Positions 42,071 to 57,429 of a DNA stretch of 64,000 nucleotides are shown piece after piece. This DNA comes from Eledone cirrhosa (taxonomy: Eukaryota), in contig OZ024749.1 in the NCBI GenBank assembly GCA_964016885.1, positions 31,620,001 through 31,684,000 on the forward strand, read 5' to 3'. The position numbers were made by a program, and so were the translations under genes. Position 1 is the first letter of the stretch. Every line of letters begins with the position of its first letter. A model generated the notes under the pieces. The model saw nothing but the letters and a program-made list of their open reading frames with translations, ran no database searches and was not told the DNA's origin.

Positions 42071-42102
<32 letters not shown>

Positions 42103-42390
42103 TAACAACAACACCTTCAACTGTAACAACAACAACATTTACAACAGTAACAACAACAACAACAACAACAACAAAATCTATAAAAATAACAACAACATCT
42201 ACAACAATAAGAACAACACGTTCAACTGTAACAACAACAACAACATCAACAACATCAACAACATCAACAACAACAACATCTTCAACTGTAACAACATCTA
42301 CAACAATAACAACAGCATCAGCAACAACAACAACAACAAAAAAAACATCAAAACAACAACATCAGCAACAGGAACCACAACAACAATGGA
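41530..42390. repeat. (AAC)n-derived minisatellite
   Basis: AAC runs with recurring accttcaactgtaac. Confidence 0.9.
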
Positions 42391-43096
42391 CGATAACATT
42401 TGTTCGATTGACTGTTTGGTTAAATTCTACAAAATTGTGGAACAAGGAATCTATATAAACGAAGGGGAAGTGGTGGGGTACGATATAGTCGATTTTGAAG
42501 GGGAAACTAACCGAGAGACAATATTGAAGGAGAAACTAAGCGAATGACAAGTAGGGCCTTAATGTAACGTTTTGTTTGTAACTGTTTAAGTAGAGGGAGT
42601 AGGTCCTTAAGGAAATATCGACCTATATGGAAAGCATTAAGTAAAGTAGTCCATTTTATATCATATTCACGTCTCTCTTTCTATATATCTCTCTCTCTCT
42701 ATCTATCTCTTTCTCTCTCACTCTCTCCCTCTATTTATCACTCTCTCTCTCTATCTATCTATTTATTTCTCTCTCACTCTCTCTCTCTATCTATCTATTT
42801 ATTTCTCTCTCTCACTCACTCTATCTATCTATCTATTTATTTCTCTCTCTCTCACTCTCTCTCTTTCTCCCCCTCTCTCTCTCCCCTCTCTCTCTCCCTC
42901 ACTCATTGTATATATATATATATGTATATATACGCACAAATATATATATATACATGTTTACTACTATGCGTATACATCCATACACACACATACACGCACA
43001 TACACACACACACACACACACATATATATATGTGTGTATATATGCGTGTGTGTATATATGTGTGTGTGTGTATTTGTGCATATATATCCATATATT

Positions 43097-43243
<147 letters not shown>

Positions 43244-43551
43244 ATTTATATATAATTGCTGCAAAATGATGCAATACTCATCGTCGTATTAGTTGTTGTT
43301 TGTTGTATGGTCGCCATTGTCGTTGTTGTTGTTAGTGTTTTTACTGTTGATGTTGTTGTTATTGTTATTGAAGGGATTAAAGGTGGATAATGGCGTATAA
43401 CCGTCCAAAATATCAATATTACGGTCCATCGCTGAAATGTTCTTTAGAAATTAGGTGAGGTCTGAGTAGACTGATTTGGAACGGATGAGTGGGGAATATG
43501 GGAAGAGAGGGTTGGATGCATTTTGTGAAACGGGGGTATATATATACATAC

Positions 43552-43586
<35 letters not shown>

Positions 43587-43747
43587 AATATATATATATA
43601 TAAATATATATATACTTGTTTAAGGCGAAAGCAAAAATTCTTTGTTTGAACCTTACTCTGTACTAATAATAAATACGGGTTTATATATACTTATATATAT
43701 ATATATATACAATCCTTATCGAACCCTCTTCGGATTTTGGTCTTTGT

Positions 43748-43932
43748 GTGGATTGGCCGTATCAGTAGAGGGTCGGACGCCATGTTTTCCAGCATAGTGA
43801 TGTCCCTTTACGATCTGAGTTCAAATCCCGCCGAGGTTGACTTTGCCTTTCATCCTTAGGGGGTCGATAAAATAAAGTACCAGTAATGCACTGGTTAATT
43901 GTTGGCCCTGTGCCTAAAGTAGAAACAATTAT
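43748..43932 (+). mobile_element. OK/Nin-type SINE (short subfamily)
   Basis: Homology to the other copies. Confidence 0.9.
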
Positions 43933-43952
43933 TAATATATATATATACACAT

Positions 43953-43986
<34 letters not shown>

Positions 43987-44382
43987 TCTCGATGGAAAAC
44001 CTAAGGACGCCGACTAAATTTATTTAGGTATGAGCGTGTCAGCAAACCTTCCAATACACGTGTATGAACACTAGCCTATATAAATATATTGTCATTTGAT
44101 TGTCAATTATTGCTTTCTAAACGGGAGAGGCAGGTTAAAAATTCTGAGTCGAATTCACTGGGTTTCCACATCAAAAGTTAGATGGGTCAATCTAGACGCA
44201 AATATTTACTTACTTATGTGGTTAATGTTAGGTTCTAATACTCTTTGTGGAGTTGTACCGACATAGCGCTTTTCTTATGTGTCTTAAATCTGGCGGATCC
44301 TATCCTTCAGCTGATTTGAACACAGTCGATTTCTTACAGAGGATGAGAGAGAAAAAAAGTAATAAAGAGTTATAGAAGAAGA

Positions 44383-44538
44383 ATCAACCCCAGTACGAAA
44401 TGGTACTTCCTTTATCGAATTTGAAATAATGAAAAGCAAAGTTGAACATCGGTGGGATTTAAATACAGAGTGCACAGTGACGTGACGTATACCACGAAAC
44501 ATTCTATCTGACTTTCGAAGGAATCTCCCAATTCGCCA
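44383..44538 (-). mobile_element. Old diverged OK/Nin-type SINE (another at ~44838-44968 +)
   Basis: ccccagtac...tggtact...ttatcga...atgaaaagcaaagttgaacatcggtgggattt. Confidence 0.6.
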
Positions 44539-45231
44539 TTTAAATTCTAATTATGTACACTTATTGATTTCTAGTTAAGGCAAAAAAAACAGGAATGTTT
44601 GGGGAAAGTTGATTAAGGCACCCCGGGACTGGAGGGTTGCTTTATTTCATCCCTACATATAAAAAAAATCATTGCTATTCGTGTAGTTTTTCACTTCCTT
44701 GCGAGCAATGATATTGAGAATACTGTGATTAATGGCGTTCCAAAATTGATCATCCCATCTTTCTATATATCAGAGTAAATAATGTCGTATATGCTATTTC
44801 TTTTTTTAAGAGAGCACTGTGTGATTTGAAGATTACAGTGGCATGGTTGATTCGGTAGATCACCGGACAAGATGTTTTGTGGAATTCATTTCGTTTTTTG
44901 TTCGCCCTAACCTCAAATCTAGCTTGGATCAATTCTGACTTTCAGCTTTCTGGTATCGATTAAAGTGCTGCGAGATTGTGTTAAATGTTCTCCAATCGTG
45001 CGGCTACAATAAGAGTATCACACTGGCTGGAGCCCTCTAATGTCACATCAGTTATCTATCAGTAACGTCCTCTGGTAAGAAACTCTCAGAAAGAGCTGGC
45101 CAGCAAAACGTCTTCAGAGAAGTAAAACCCCATCAAGCCAGAGTTTCGGCACAGAATTCGCACACACAAATAGCAATCACTGACACACACATACGCATAT
45201 ACTAACCAACACGCACACGCACGCACACACG

Positions 45232-45350
<119 letters not shown>

Positions 45351-46150
45351 TCTCCCTATTCTCTCTTTCATTGTCTATCTCTTGCCTTGTATCTCTAACT
45401 AAAATCTGACTACTTTAAAACTATTAACTTAAAACTTGTTATAAACTTGGTATTCTTGGTATTTGAGGGAAGTATGGCTACTATATTTAGTCAGTTGCTC
45501 GGAAGTGTATATGCTCCCTCAGATTGTGACAGCAAATAATAGGAACAAAATAAGGACAACAACAGCAATGACAGCAACAACAACAACAAACAAATAAACT
45601 CACAACAAGCAAACATCAAACAATCATAGACTACGCTTTTATATATTCTACCTAAAGCTATTGCAATACATCTTCAAACCACAAAACAGTTATTTTTTTA
45701 GCCAATCAATACTTTCAACATGCGTTTAAAACCAAATACTTATAGTTTTGGTACCTCCAGAAATATTCTGCTTAGAATAGCACTCAACTCGCACCTGTTT
45801 ATGTAAAATTCTCAAAAACACCGATTTTCTTTCTAAACCTTTAAGTGATTTTATTTGTCCTCCCTCTACCAACTACCCACACACCCATACACCTATTTTA
45901 TTTTGTTGTTTTCCCTGTGTTTGTTGTTGTTATTGTTGTTATTGTTGTTATTTTATTATCAATACTCGACCAAAACCTTTGACAAAATATCTTAAAACAT
46001 GTTTCTGCAAAGAATAAAGAACAATTTAATTCACGTTTTTTTTCCTCACTTTTCACCAAATTCCTTATATTTATATGTATATATGTATGTATGTTTTTTT
46101 GTTTGTTTGTTTGTCCGTATATTTGTATATTTGTATATATATATATACAT

Positions 46151-46196
<46 letters not shown>

Positions 46197-46199
46197 TAT

Positions 46200-46261
<62 letters not shown>

Positions 46262-46771
46262 TATTCTTTCATAAACGTTATCTATTATTCTTCATTTCTT
46301 TGTGTAAAGGTAAGTGTGGTGAGGGATGTTATTATTTTGTATTTGATTTTCTGAATTGGTGTATATATTGATGTTTATATATATATATATATATAAGTGT
46401 GTGTGTGTGTGTGTGTATAAATATATTTACGTGTATAGACGTACACGTATGTTTCTATGTATGTAAATACACATTAATGTCTATTTAAAAGTGAATGTTG
46501 AACGACCTTGTTTTTTCACTTATCTGCAGGGCCAGTATTCCACTTGAAAGAAGGTAAAGCGTTCGATTAAGAAGATATTCTCTCTGTCCTATAACATTCC
46601 TTTACAATGCTCAATTCTCTACAACACGTAGCACGTGCTCTTTGAAAGTGAAAGTAAAAATAAGTGCATTACTGAAATAACTTAAACTTATAAATCCATG
46701 GGAAATAAAACAATATATGTTTGCACATATATATGTGTTTGTGTGTGAGTGTGAGTGTGTAAATTTGTATG

Positions 46772-46837
<66 letters not shown>

Positions 46838-46839
46838 CT

Positions 46840-47022
46840 CATTGAAATCGAGGAGGTTGTGAGTTCAATTCTTGGACCAGGCGATCCGTTATGTCCTTGA
46901 GCAAGACACTTTATTTCACGTTGCTCCTTCTACCTGGAGGTGCGACTGATAGATAGTATTAGCAATTGGAAAGACCAATGGAAACATTGTTTCCTCGGTC
47001 CGATTTGACGAAAGTTGATCAT
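46840..47022 (+). mobile_element. OR/Meta-type SINE, 5'-truncated
   Basis: Homologous to 3229-3443. Confidence 0.85.
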
Positions 47023-47039
47023 TAAAAAAAAAAAAAATG

Positions 47040-47070
<31 letters not shown>

Positions 47071-47230
47071 CTCTTTATATATATATGCTTATTACTTTTC
47101 CTATAATTCTTTAATATATGAGTCCCATTCTGATATGCACTTTTATAAAATGTTTGACTAATTCCACGTATTTTCCTCCTGCAAAATGGTTATATTCATA
47201 CGCTCGTCTATCTTACTAGTTCTTCATTCC

Positions 47231-47268
47231 ATCTTCTGATGAAGGATTGATGTCCGAAATGTTCAAAC
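47231..47268 (+). ncRNA. Degenerate minimal hammerhead core
   Basis: CTGATGA-AGGAT(TGAT)GTCC-GAAATGTT; stem I not clearly paired. Confidence 0.4.
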
Positions 47269-47445
47269 TCATTTCCTACTCCATTAAGTCTTAATCTAAT
47301 ATATACAGTTATATATTTCTTCCATGTTCCTTTCTCCTTGTTGGCTTTCCTTATATATCATTGAAATACGAATCAAATGTTTAGCCAACCTACATATACA
47401 GTTGTATATATGTTTGCATGTATATATACATAGCTCTCTTTCTTT

Positions 47446-47478
<33 letters not shown>

Positions 47479-47524
47479 GTGTGTATTCACACTCAAACGC
47501 ACACAATCCTCACCGGTATATATA

Positions 47525-47610
<86 letters not shown>

Positions 47611-47616
47611 TCCATA

Positions 47617-47788
<172 letters not shown>

Positions 47789-48190
47789 GTATATATAAAC
47801 ACATACTGACACACGCACGCACAACAATGCAGATATATAGTCATACTCTTAATCAAGGAAAATCACAGAGAAAGGGAGAGAGAGACAGAGAGAGAGAGAG
47901 AAGGGGGTGAGGGAGACAGAGATAGAGAAAACACTGTGTCAGAGTCTTTCAAGAAAACATACAAGAAAACATATAAGTTCTTGTAAATTCTAATGAAACA
48001 TCTTAAATACCAAACGCAAAAAAAAGAAAAACTATTAATGATAATAAATCAAAAATCATAAATTTACAAAACAATTTTTTATTAAATAAATACGAAGATG
48101 TTTTGAATTGAAAAGGGAGTGTAAAAGTGAGTTGATATGTTCTCTTAACACCTATACCGACCTTTGGTAACAGTGTTGAAATATATTCTT

Positions 48191-48404
<214 letters not shown>

Positions 48405-48405
48405 G

Positions 48406-48482
<77 letters not shown>

Positions 48483-48486
48483 ATAT

Positions 48487-48768
<282 letters not shown>

Positions 48769-48859
48769 GGCTTGTTGTCAAGCTGTCAAATTCCAGTTCA
48801 TGTTTTATAGAACAGACATTAGATTCCAGTTGCAAAATCTTACGATTTGCTTGCAAATA

Positions 48860-49121
48860 TCTGGACCAAATTCGGGGTCTTGGGATATGCAACCTTTGTG
48901 TGCCCAACCCATGTCTTACACAACAAGGCATAACAGAGGCTCATGGTCAGTTTTCATGTCGTTCGTGGAGGATTATAATATATTCTACTTAAAGCCTTAA
49001 CGCCTCCCATGTTACCTTAGTTGGTCACCCTTACGGGGCCAGCTGGATTTGGGGAGAGTTGATTTTGATAGAATCCACTGGAAGGTTAGTTTGGGAGCAT
49101 CTTCCCACATATACCAACCAA

Positions 49122-49152
<31 letters not shown>

Positions 49153-49193
49153 AAGAAGAAGAAGAAGAAGAAGAAGAAGAAGAAGAAGAAGAA
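48860..49193 (+). pseudogene. Probable RTE-like LINE 3' end with (AAG)n tail
   Basis: Degenerate peptides ...VVRGGL...KALT... and DFDRIHWKVSLGA (DRxxWR motif) directly followed by (AAG)n. Confidence 0.4.
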
Positions 49194-49744
49194 ACCGTGG
49201 CTCGCTTATGGGTTTTCTGTTTTCTAAATCAAATAAGACATACTTCTCATAATGTAATATAACATAATATATAAAAAGATATTATTATGTGTTAGTCATG
49301 CCATTCTTTCATATATAGCACTACAGTATCACCTTCTTTCACAAAACAATATGGCCGTTCGATGCTTTAATAAAGATGAAGCATTCGGAAGAAACATTCT
49401 CTACTGTCCTCTCTCTTACAATTGAACATCTGACGCACTAATCTAAACAATCCAGACTGCAGAATGTATAGACATTATCTCTGCTCAGCTGTTTAACTTG
49501 TAATGAGTAAATTTAGCAGCATAACCTAAACCATAGCCAAAAATGACCTTTAAAGTACATTGCGTTAGAGACTATAATTCATAAGGAATATGTATAGTCA
49601 ATTGAAGAGACTCCGTTTTAAGCTTGATACATTAGTTATAGTAAAAGATTATATATATTATAGACTCAGCCGAATGGCTGGAACAGTTGAAAGAGTAAAA
49701 GAGTAAAGAAATATATATACACACACATATATATACATATATAC

Positions 49745-50014
<270 letters not shown>

Positions 50015-50058
50015 ATTTATATATATATATATATATAGATATATATATATATATATAT

Positions 50059-50121
<63 letters not shown>

Positions 50122-50146
50122 TACATACACACACACATGTATATAT

Positions 50147-50209
<63 letters not shown>

Positions 50210-50620
50210 GATAAATCTACCAAGAGTTTACGGTAGTGTCCAATCCGTATGAAGAACTCAATGTAATCCGGATATCACGGAAAGAAGAGATGCATTCAAA
50301 AATCACTTTCGGTGAAAGATAAACGGAATACAGAGTCAAGATAAAGTATTAAAAAAATAATGAATAAAACAATGAAACAGTTCCTTATATTAAACAAAAA
50401 AAGTTCATTATTTAACGATCGTTTCTAGGACATATATGTGTTAGAATTGGCATGCATATTCAACAGATCTATGTACAAAATTATACAAAATTATACAAAC
50501 TATCAAATCTAATATACATACCAACACATACATATGCCGTCTTCTTATATATATTAATATATCTATATAACTATATATATATATTATGTATATATATTAT
50601 GTATATATATAATATATATA

Positions 50621-50710
<90 letters not shown>

Positions 50711-50869
50711 AGACATAAGACCGAAATATGGTAGAACACAACAGAATAAAAGAAGTTGGAGATTACAAGAGGGTGACTGCAAACGGGAGAGAAGGGGGTT
50801 AAGGATTGAAGGGTGAAAGGGGGAGGGAGAAAGAGACATAAATACATAGATACCTTCACAGATATATAT

Positions 50870-50981
50870 ATATATACATGCATACATACATACATGCTTA
50901 CATACATGCAAACATACATACATATATACATATATACATACATACATATATATTTACATACATACATACAGAGAAACATAT

Positions 50982-51036
<55 letters not shown>

Positions 51037-51560
51037 CATACAGATTATCATACACACAGAGATATATACATACAAACATACATACATACATACATACAAT
51101 CATACATACATACATACAAACATACAAACATACATACATACATACATACATACATACATACATACATACATACATACATACATACATACAAACATACATA
51201 TATACAAACATACAAACATACATACATACATATACACATACATACATTCATACATACATACATACAAACATACAAACATACATACAAACATACAAACATA
51301 CATACATACATACATACATACATACATACATACATACATACATACATACATACATACATACATAAATACATACATACAAACATACATATATACAAACATA
51401 CAAACATACATACATACATATACACATACATACATTCATACATACATACATACATACAAACATACATACAAACATACAAACATACATACATACATACATA
51501 CATACATACATACATACATACATACATACATACATACATACATACATACATACATACAAG
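50870..51560. repeat. (CATA)n tetranucleotide array
   Basis: Direct inspection. Confidence 0.95.
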
Positions 51561-51738
51561 CAGAGAGAATGAGAGTGATGTTAATGTAGGTATTGTGAAG
51601 TAAAAAAAAATACACTTTTGTTCTGAGGAAATATTGGCAACAAAATGTACAAAAACAACAAAGGGAACAAACAACAAATGCCTCTCTAAGAAAAGAAATA
51701 ATAACCACTATAAGAAATAAATATATATATTATATATT

Positions 51739-51856
<118 letters not shown>

Positions 51857-51873
51857 ATTTATAAAATATGTAA

Positions 51874-51927
<54 letters not shown>

Positions 51928-52029
51928 TATATATATATATTTATGAAATATGTAAAAAATATCTATATATCTATTTATAAAATATGTATAAATATATATA
52001 TGTATGTATATTTAATATACATATATATA

Positions 52030-52087
<58 letters not shown>

Positions 52088-52145
52088 ATATATATATATA
52101 TGCTTGTATATTTAATATACATATATATATTTAATATATATATAT

Positions 52146-52233
<88 letters not shown>

Positions 52234-52356
52234 AGAGTAAATAAATAAATAAATATATACATAATGCAAGGAGAAAAGCAACAATGAAAGGAAGAATAAA
52301 GAATGAAGAAGAAAAAGATAACTGAGGTTATAGAGGAAAGAGAAAGTTTTCAAAAA

Positions 52357-52455
<99 letters not shown>

Positions 52456-52545
52456 AATAAAACAAACATAATAATAAGGATGTTGACACAACAATAAGAA
52501 TGAATGTAAATATATATATATACATATATACACACACACACACAC

Positions 52546-52595
<50 letters not shown>

Positions 52596-52637
52596 CATAC
52601 AAACAAATGTATATATATATATATATTTATGTATATT

Positions 52638-52685
<48 letters not shown>

Positions 52686-52728
52686 GTGTGTAAAAAGAAA
52701 AGTACTTCAAAACACCATCAACAACAAC

Positions 52729-52783
<55 letters not shown>

Positions 52784-53050
52784 TAATAAGTAAAGTAAGT
52801 AAATAAATTGATTTCTACGAAAGAATAAGCATCGGCTTGGAGCTGTCGGCTGATTCAAAGAGCATCAGTGTGGAATCCCAAAACATAGGGACACAACATC
52901 AAGACACAGTGATGCAGACGATAGAGAGGAAAATGGCGGACTGAAGGTCACTGTCATGATATAAACATAGTGATGATAGATAGATTGTTAAATAGTGATG
53001 GATAGATAGGAAGAAATGGAGGGAGAGAGGGAGAGATAGAGATAATAGAC

Positions 53051-53158
<108 letters not shown>

Positions 53159-53253
53159 TGAGAGAGAGGGATACTTTAATAAGTGACTCCACATCTAGAT
53201 ACTTCGTGAATACATGTATACAATTCCATATATACATACATATACATATACAG

Positions 53254-53288
<35 letters not shown>

Positions 53289-53414
53289 CATATATATATA
53301 CAAATATGTGTGTGTGTACATATGTATATATTAATATTAATATGCACGCGTGTTTATATACGTTATTTATCTCTCTTTCCCTCTCTCTACACTCACACAC
53401 ACAAACACATAAAT

Positions 53415-53448
<34 letters not shown>

Positions 53449-53765
53449 ATATGAATGTATGTGTGTATATGGGTGTATATGGGTGTATATGGGTGTAACC
53501 AATATGTATACGTATAGATAGACCATATGTATAAATGAGCTTTGCCTTTCTAGAGGCAGATGACAAATAAAATAGTAAATAAAGTTGGAACAGGAGCCAA
53601 AAGAAAGGAAAAAATGGTCTTTATTCCTGACTGTTTGTACATATATAGAGGTTTATGGATAAACACACCGTTTTTATATATTCATGTGAAAGTACATACA
53701 CACACACACACAGATATATATATATATATATATAATGCATGTATACACACACACACACACATATA

Positions 53766-53812
<47 letters not shown>

Positions 53813-53967
53813 ATATATGTGTGTGTGTGTATACATACAAAGTGTATATATATGTGTGTGTTTATATATATACAAAATGTCCCCAAAAGATGTATACACA
53901 CTTTGATTACCTGTACAGGCAATATTTATTAGAATGCTTCTGAAATGTGTGTACATTTTCAATGGAA

Positions 53968-54187
<220 letters not shown>

Positions 54188-54570
54188 GTATGTATATATA
54201 TATACATATAGCAATGATGATAGTGAAATACCATAACATAGAAAGAAACTGGAAGAATGTGATATTCTAACAATCAAATGATGAAACAATAAAAAAGAGA
54301 ATGTAAAATGAAAAAGGACCACCACCTTTTCCGCTGGAAGGAAGACAAGTATGAGGTGGTGGTGGCGGTGGCGGTGGTGGTGCTGGTGGTTGCGTGGTGT
54401 TGGTGGTGTTGGTGGGAAGAAATATTGGTTTCATGTTTAATGAATTCTAGATAATGGAAACACAAACGACTTAAGAGAATTGAAAGTAAGAGAACCGTAC
54501 AGCCAACATATATTGTAGTTTGGGCAGATATATATATGTATATATATATATGTATGTATATATATATATG

Positions 54571-54607
<37 letters not shown>

Positions 54608-54680
54608 TTACATATATATATATATACATATATATATCAGTCAAAACTACAATATATGTTAGTTGTTGTTCGGTTCTGTT

Positions 54681-54750
<70 letters not shown>

Positions 54751-54829
54751 CATATAAGTGCATATATATATATATATACATACATATATATATATATATA
54801 TACATATATATATACATACACACATGTAC

Positions 54830-54932
<103 letters not shown>

Positions 54933-54963
54933 ACACGGGTGTGTATGATTGTGTATAGAAGAT

Positions 54964-55341
54964 TATATTAATAAAAGGAATTCCAACTTTGTCTGATTTA
55001 CTCGTTTTATTTACAATCCTTTAAGATTTATAATGGTATTATCAATGAAATAGTATGATATAATATTAAATGTTAAGTGTTAATTGAACAAGTACTTTCA
55101 TGCTTTCGCAATCTTCAGGTTCATAATGTGTGGTGACAGTCAAGTTTGCAATTTTCGCAAACTTGACTGTCACCACACATTATGAACCTGAAGATTGCGA
55201 AAGCATGAAAGTACTTGTTCAATTAACACTTAACATTTAATATTATATCATACTATTTCATTATAATACCATTATAAATCTTAAAGGATTGTAAATAAAA
55301 CGAGTAAATCAGACAAAGTTGGAATTCCTCTTATTAATATA
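54964..55341. mobile_element. Family L fold-back element; 378-bp near-perfect palindrome with two HHRs
   Basis: ~186-bp arms centred near 55153. Confidence 0.85.
55183..55221 (+). ncRNA. Minimal type I hammerhead ribozyme motif (mirror copy 55085-55123 -)
   Basis: TGAAC-CTGAAGA-TTGC(GAAA)GCAT-GAA-AGTACT-T-GTTCA. Confidence 0.85.
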
Positions 55342-55376
55342 TATATATATATATGTAGATATTTGTATGTGCACAT

Positions 55377-55423
<47 letters not shown>

Positions 55424-55440
55424 CGCGCGCACGTGTGTAT

Positions 55441-55629
55441 GTAAGTGTCTCAGGAATGTTACTAGTTAGGCCTAGTAAGACCATTGTTGAACTTACTCTA
55501 TACTTACGAAATGTACAGTGAAATATTATAAAGCATTTTCTCTCCTACTGTTAAGCTTTTGCCGTTTCGACATTTATCTGTTATCGAAACGGTGAAAGCT
55601 TATCCGTAGGGCAGAAAACTCTTATAATA
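55441..55629. mobile_element. Diverged family A-like fold-back element
   Basis: Imperfect palindrome 55524-55629; GAAACGG(TGAAAGCTTAT)CCGTA half-HHR. Confidence 0.6.
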
Positions 55630-55759
55630 TATATATATATATAGGTTTACATATACATAAACTAAACAGAGCCATAGATATATATATGTGTTATTGGCAA
55701 CCATTCACGGTGTGGCTCAATGGCGAATTAATTAATTAAATAATCAACAATCAGAGCAA

Positions 55760-56004
55760 TATATAAGAAAGTAAGTCCATAGAATCATTTGACAAAATAT
55801 ATATTAGAAATACTAGGTAAATCTTCTGTGGTTGTTGATGGCGGATAAAATAGCTATCGTTTATTTATCTACTGTTTCTTCATAGGTACATTTTAAACTT
55901 ATAGCCCTCGTTTAATTGATTTTTTGTGTGGTTAATTATGCTGATTGGGAGGAGAAATACTGTATATATTTTATCAAATGATTCTATGGACTTACTTTCT
56001 TATA
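55760..56004. mobile_element. Element with ~45-bp inverted termini; diverged homolog at ~3975-4100
   Basis: tataagaaagtaagtccatagaatcatttga / tcaaatgattctatggacttactttcttata. Confidence 0.65.
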
Positions 56005-56025
56005 TATATATATATATATATATAA

Positions 56026-56240
56026 AGGAACGATCGACTTTCGTCAAATCGGACCGAGGAAACAATGTTTCCGTTGGTCTTTCCAATTGCTAATACTATC
56101 TATCGGTCGTAACTCCAGGTAGAAGGAGCAACATGAAATAAAGTGTCTTGCTCAAGGACATAACGCATCGCCTGGTCCAGGAATCGAACTCACAACCTCA
56201 CGATTGCGAATCCAATTCTCTAACCACTCAGCCACACGCC
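56026..56240 (-). mobile_element. OR/Meta-type SINE, full length
   Basis: Reverse complement of 3229-3443. Confidence 0.88.
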
Positions 56241-56576
56241 TTATATATATATTGTTGATTATCAACTCGGATTAAGCTTAAGCATCACTTTGCTAAACGT
56301 ATAGTCGTTTTCTCAACTTGTCTGAACTGTCATATATAAGGACAGAAACAAACCATCTCTGGTAGTCGACTTATGAGATGGGACCACTCTCTGTATTCGT
56401 TTATTTTCCTGTTTTCGCCCATATTTTTTTATTCATATATATATGTATATAGTAAGGTGCATTATTGGTTGTGTAAAATGGTCCAATAAATTTATGTTAG
56501 CAATATTAAGTTCTCCACGCTTTTGTATATCTCCAATTCCAAGGGAACAGCTAGATGATGTAAAACGGAGTATAAG

Positions 56577-56852
56577 TATCAAAATGAAAATCCTAAGGCA
56601 AGGTAAAATTCCAATCATTTAATCACGACACATGTTTCAATAAGAGATAGATCGATTGTGAAGCTATGAGGGAATGAATTCTGTGAGAGAACATCGTTAT
56701 TTTTTCTCCCTCATATCAAGAATTTGAAGACAATTCATTTTCCCCTGATGAGATCAGTGATAATCGATCATGGCTTCACAATCGATCTATCTCTTATGTG
56801 TCGTGATTAAATGATTGGAATTTTACCTTACCTTCGGATTTTCATTTTGATA
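56577..56852. mobile_element. Family M fold-back element with a split HHR
   Basis: Inverted arms ~56577-56670/56768-56852; CTGATGA at 56745; GAAACATGTGTC on the left arm (minus strand), with that GAAAC segment deleted from the right arm. Confidence 0.65.
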
Positions 56853-56956
56853 TATATGTGTATATATATATATATTTCCGTAGAAAAGGTAAAGGAAAGA
56901 AGAGTGCTCTATGTATAGTACAGAGCTATTTAATTATGTAAAATTATGTAAAATTT

Positions 56957-57027
56957 TTCTTTCTGATGAATGACTTCGGACGCCTCTGTTGGAGTCGCCT
57001 GTCTTCGTGAAACCTTGGGTAATGGAA
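56957..57027 (+). ncRNA. Hammerhead motif (family G-related, element 56876-57047)
   Basis: CTGATGA-ATGA...TCGT-GAA-ACC(TTG)GGT-A-ATGGAA; weak stem I. Confidence 0.55.
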
Positions 57028-57121
57028 TAATTATATTGTGTTGTTTATATATCTTTCTCCTTCTCTGTCACTCTCTCTCTCTCTTCCCCTCTCACTCTCT
57101 CTATCCTTACCTCTCTATCCA

Positions 57122-57158
<37 letters not shown>

Positions 57159-57265
57159 CACCTCATATTTGGTGATAATTCGGGGTTATGGTAAAGCTGG
57201 TGATCACGGAATAATGTTGATATTGATGGTTTCAATGTGATGGTATTTTAATGTTTAATGTTTAA

Positions 57266-57369
57266 TAATTGTTTCTAGTTTTGGCACAAGGCCAGCAATA
57301 ACCCAGTGCATTACTGGTACTTTATTTTATCGACCCCGTAAGAATGAAAGGCAAAGTTAACCTCGGCGG
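57266..57369 (-). mobile_element. OK/Nin-type SINE, 5'-truncated
   Basis: 3' half only. Confidence 0.85.
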
Positions 57370-57429
57370 ATAGTATTTTAATGTCTAATATATTGATGAT
57401 GGCAAGTAATCGATGGTGTGGAGAAGAAG

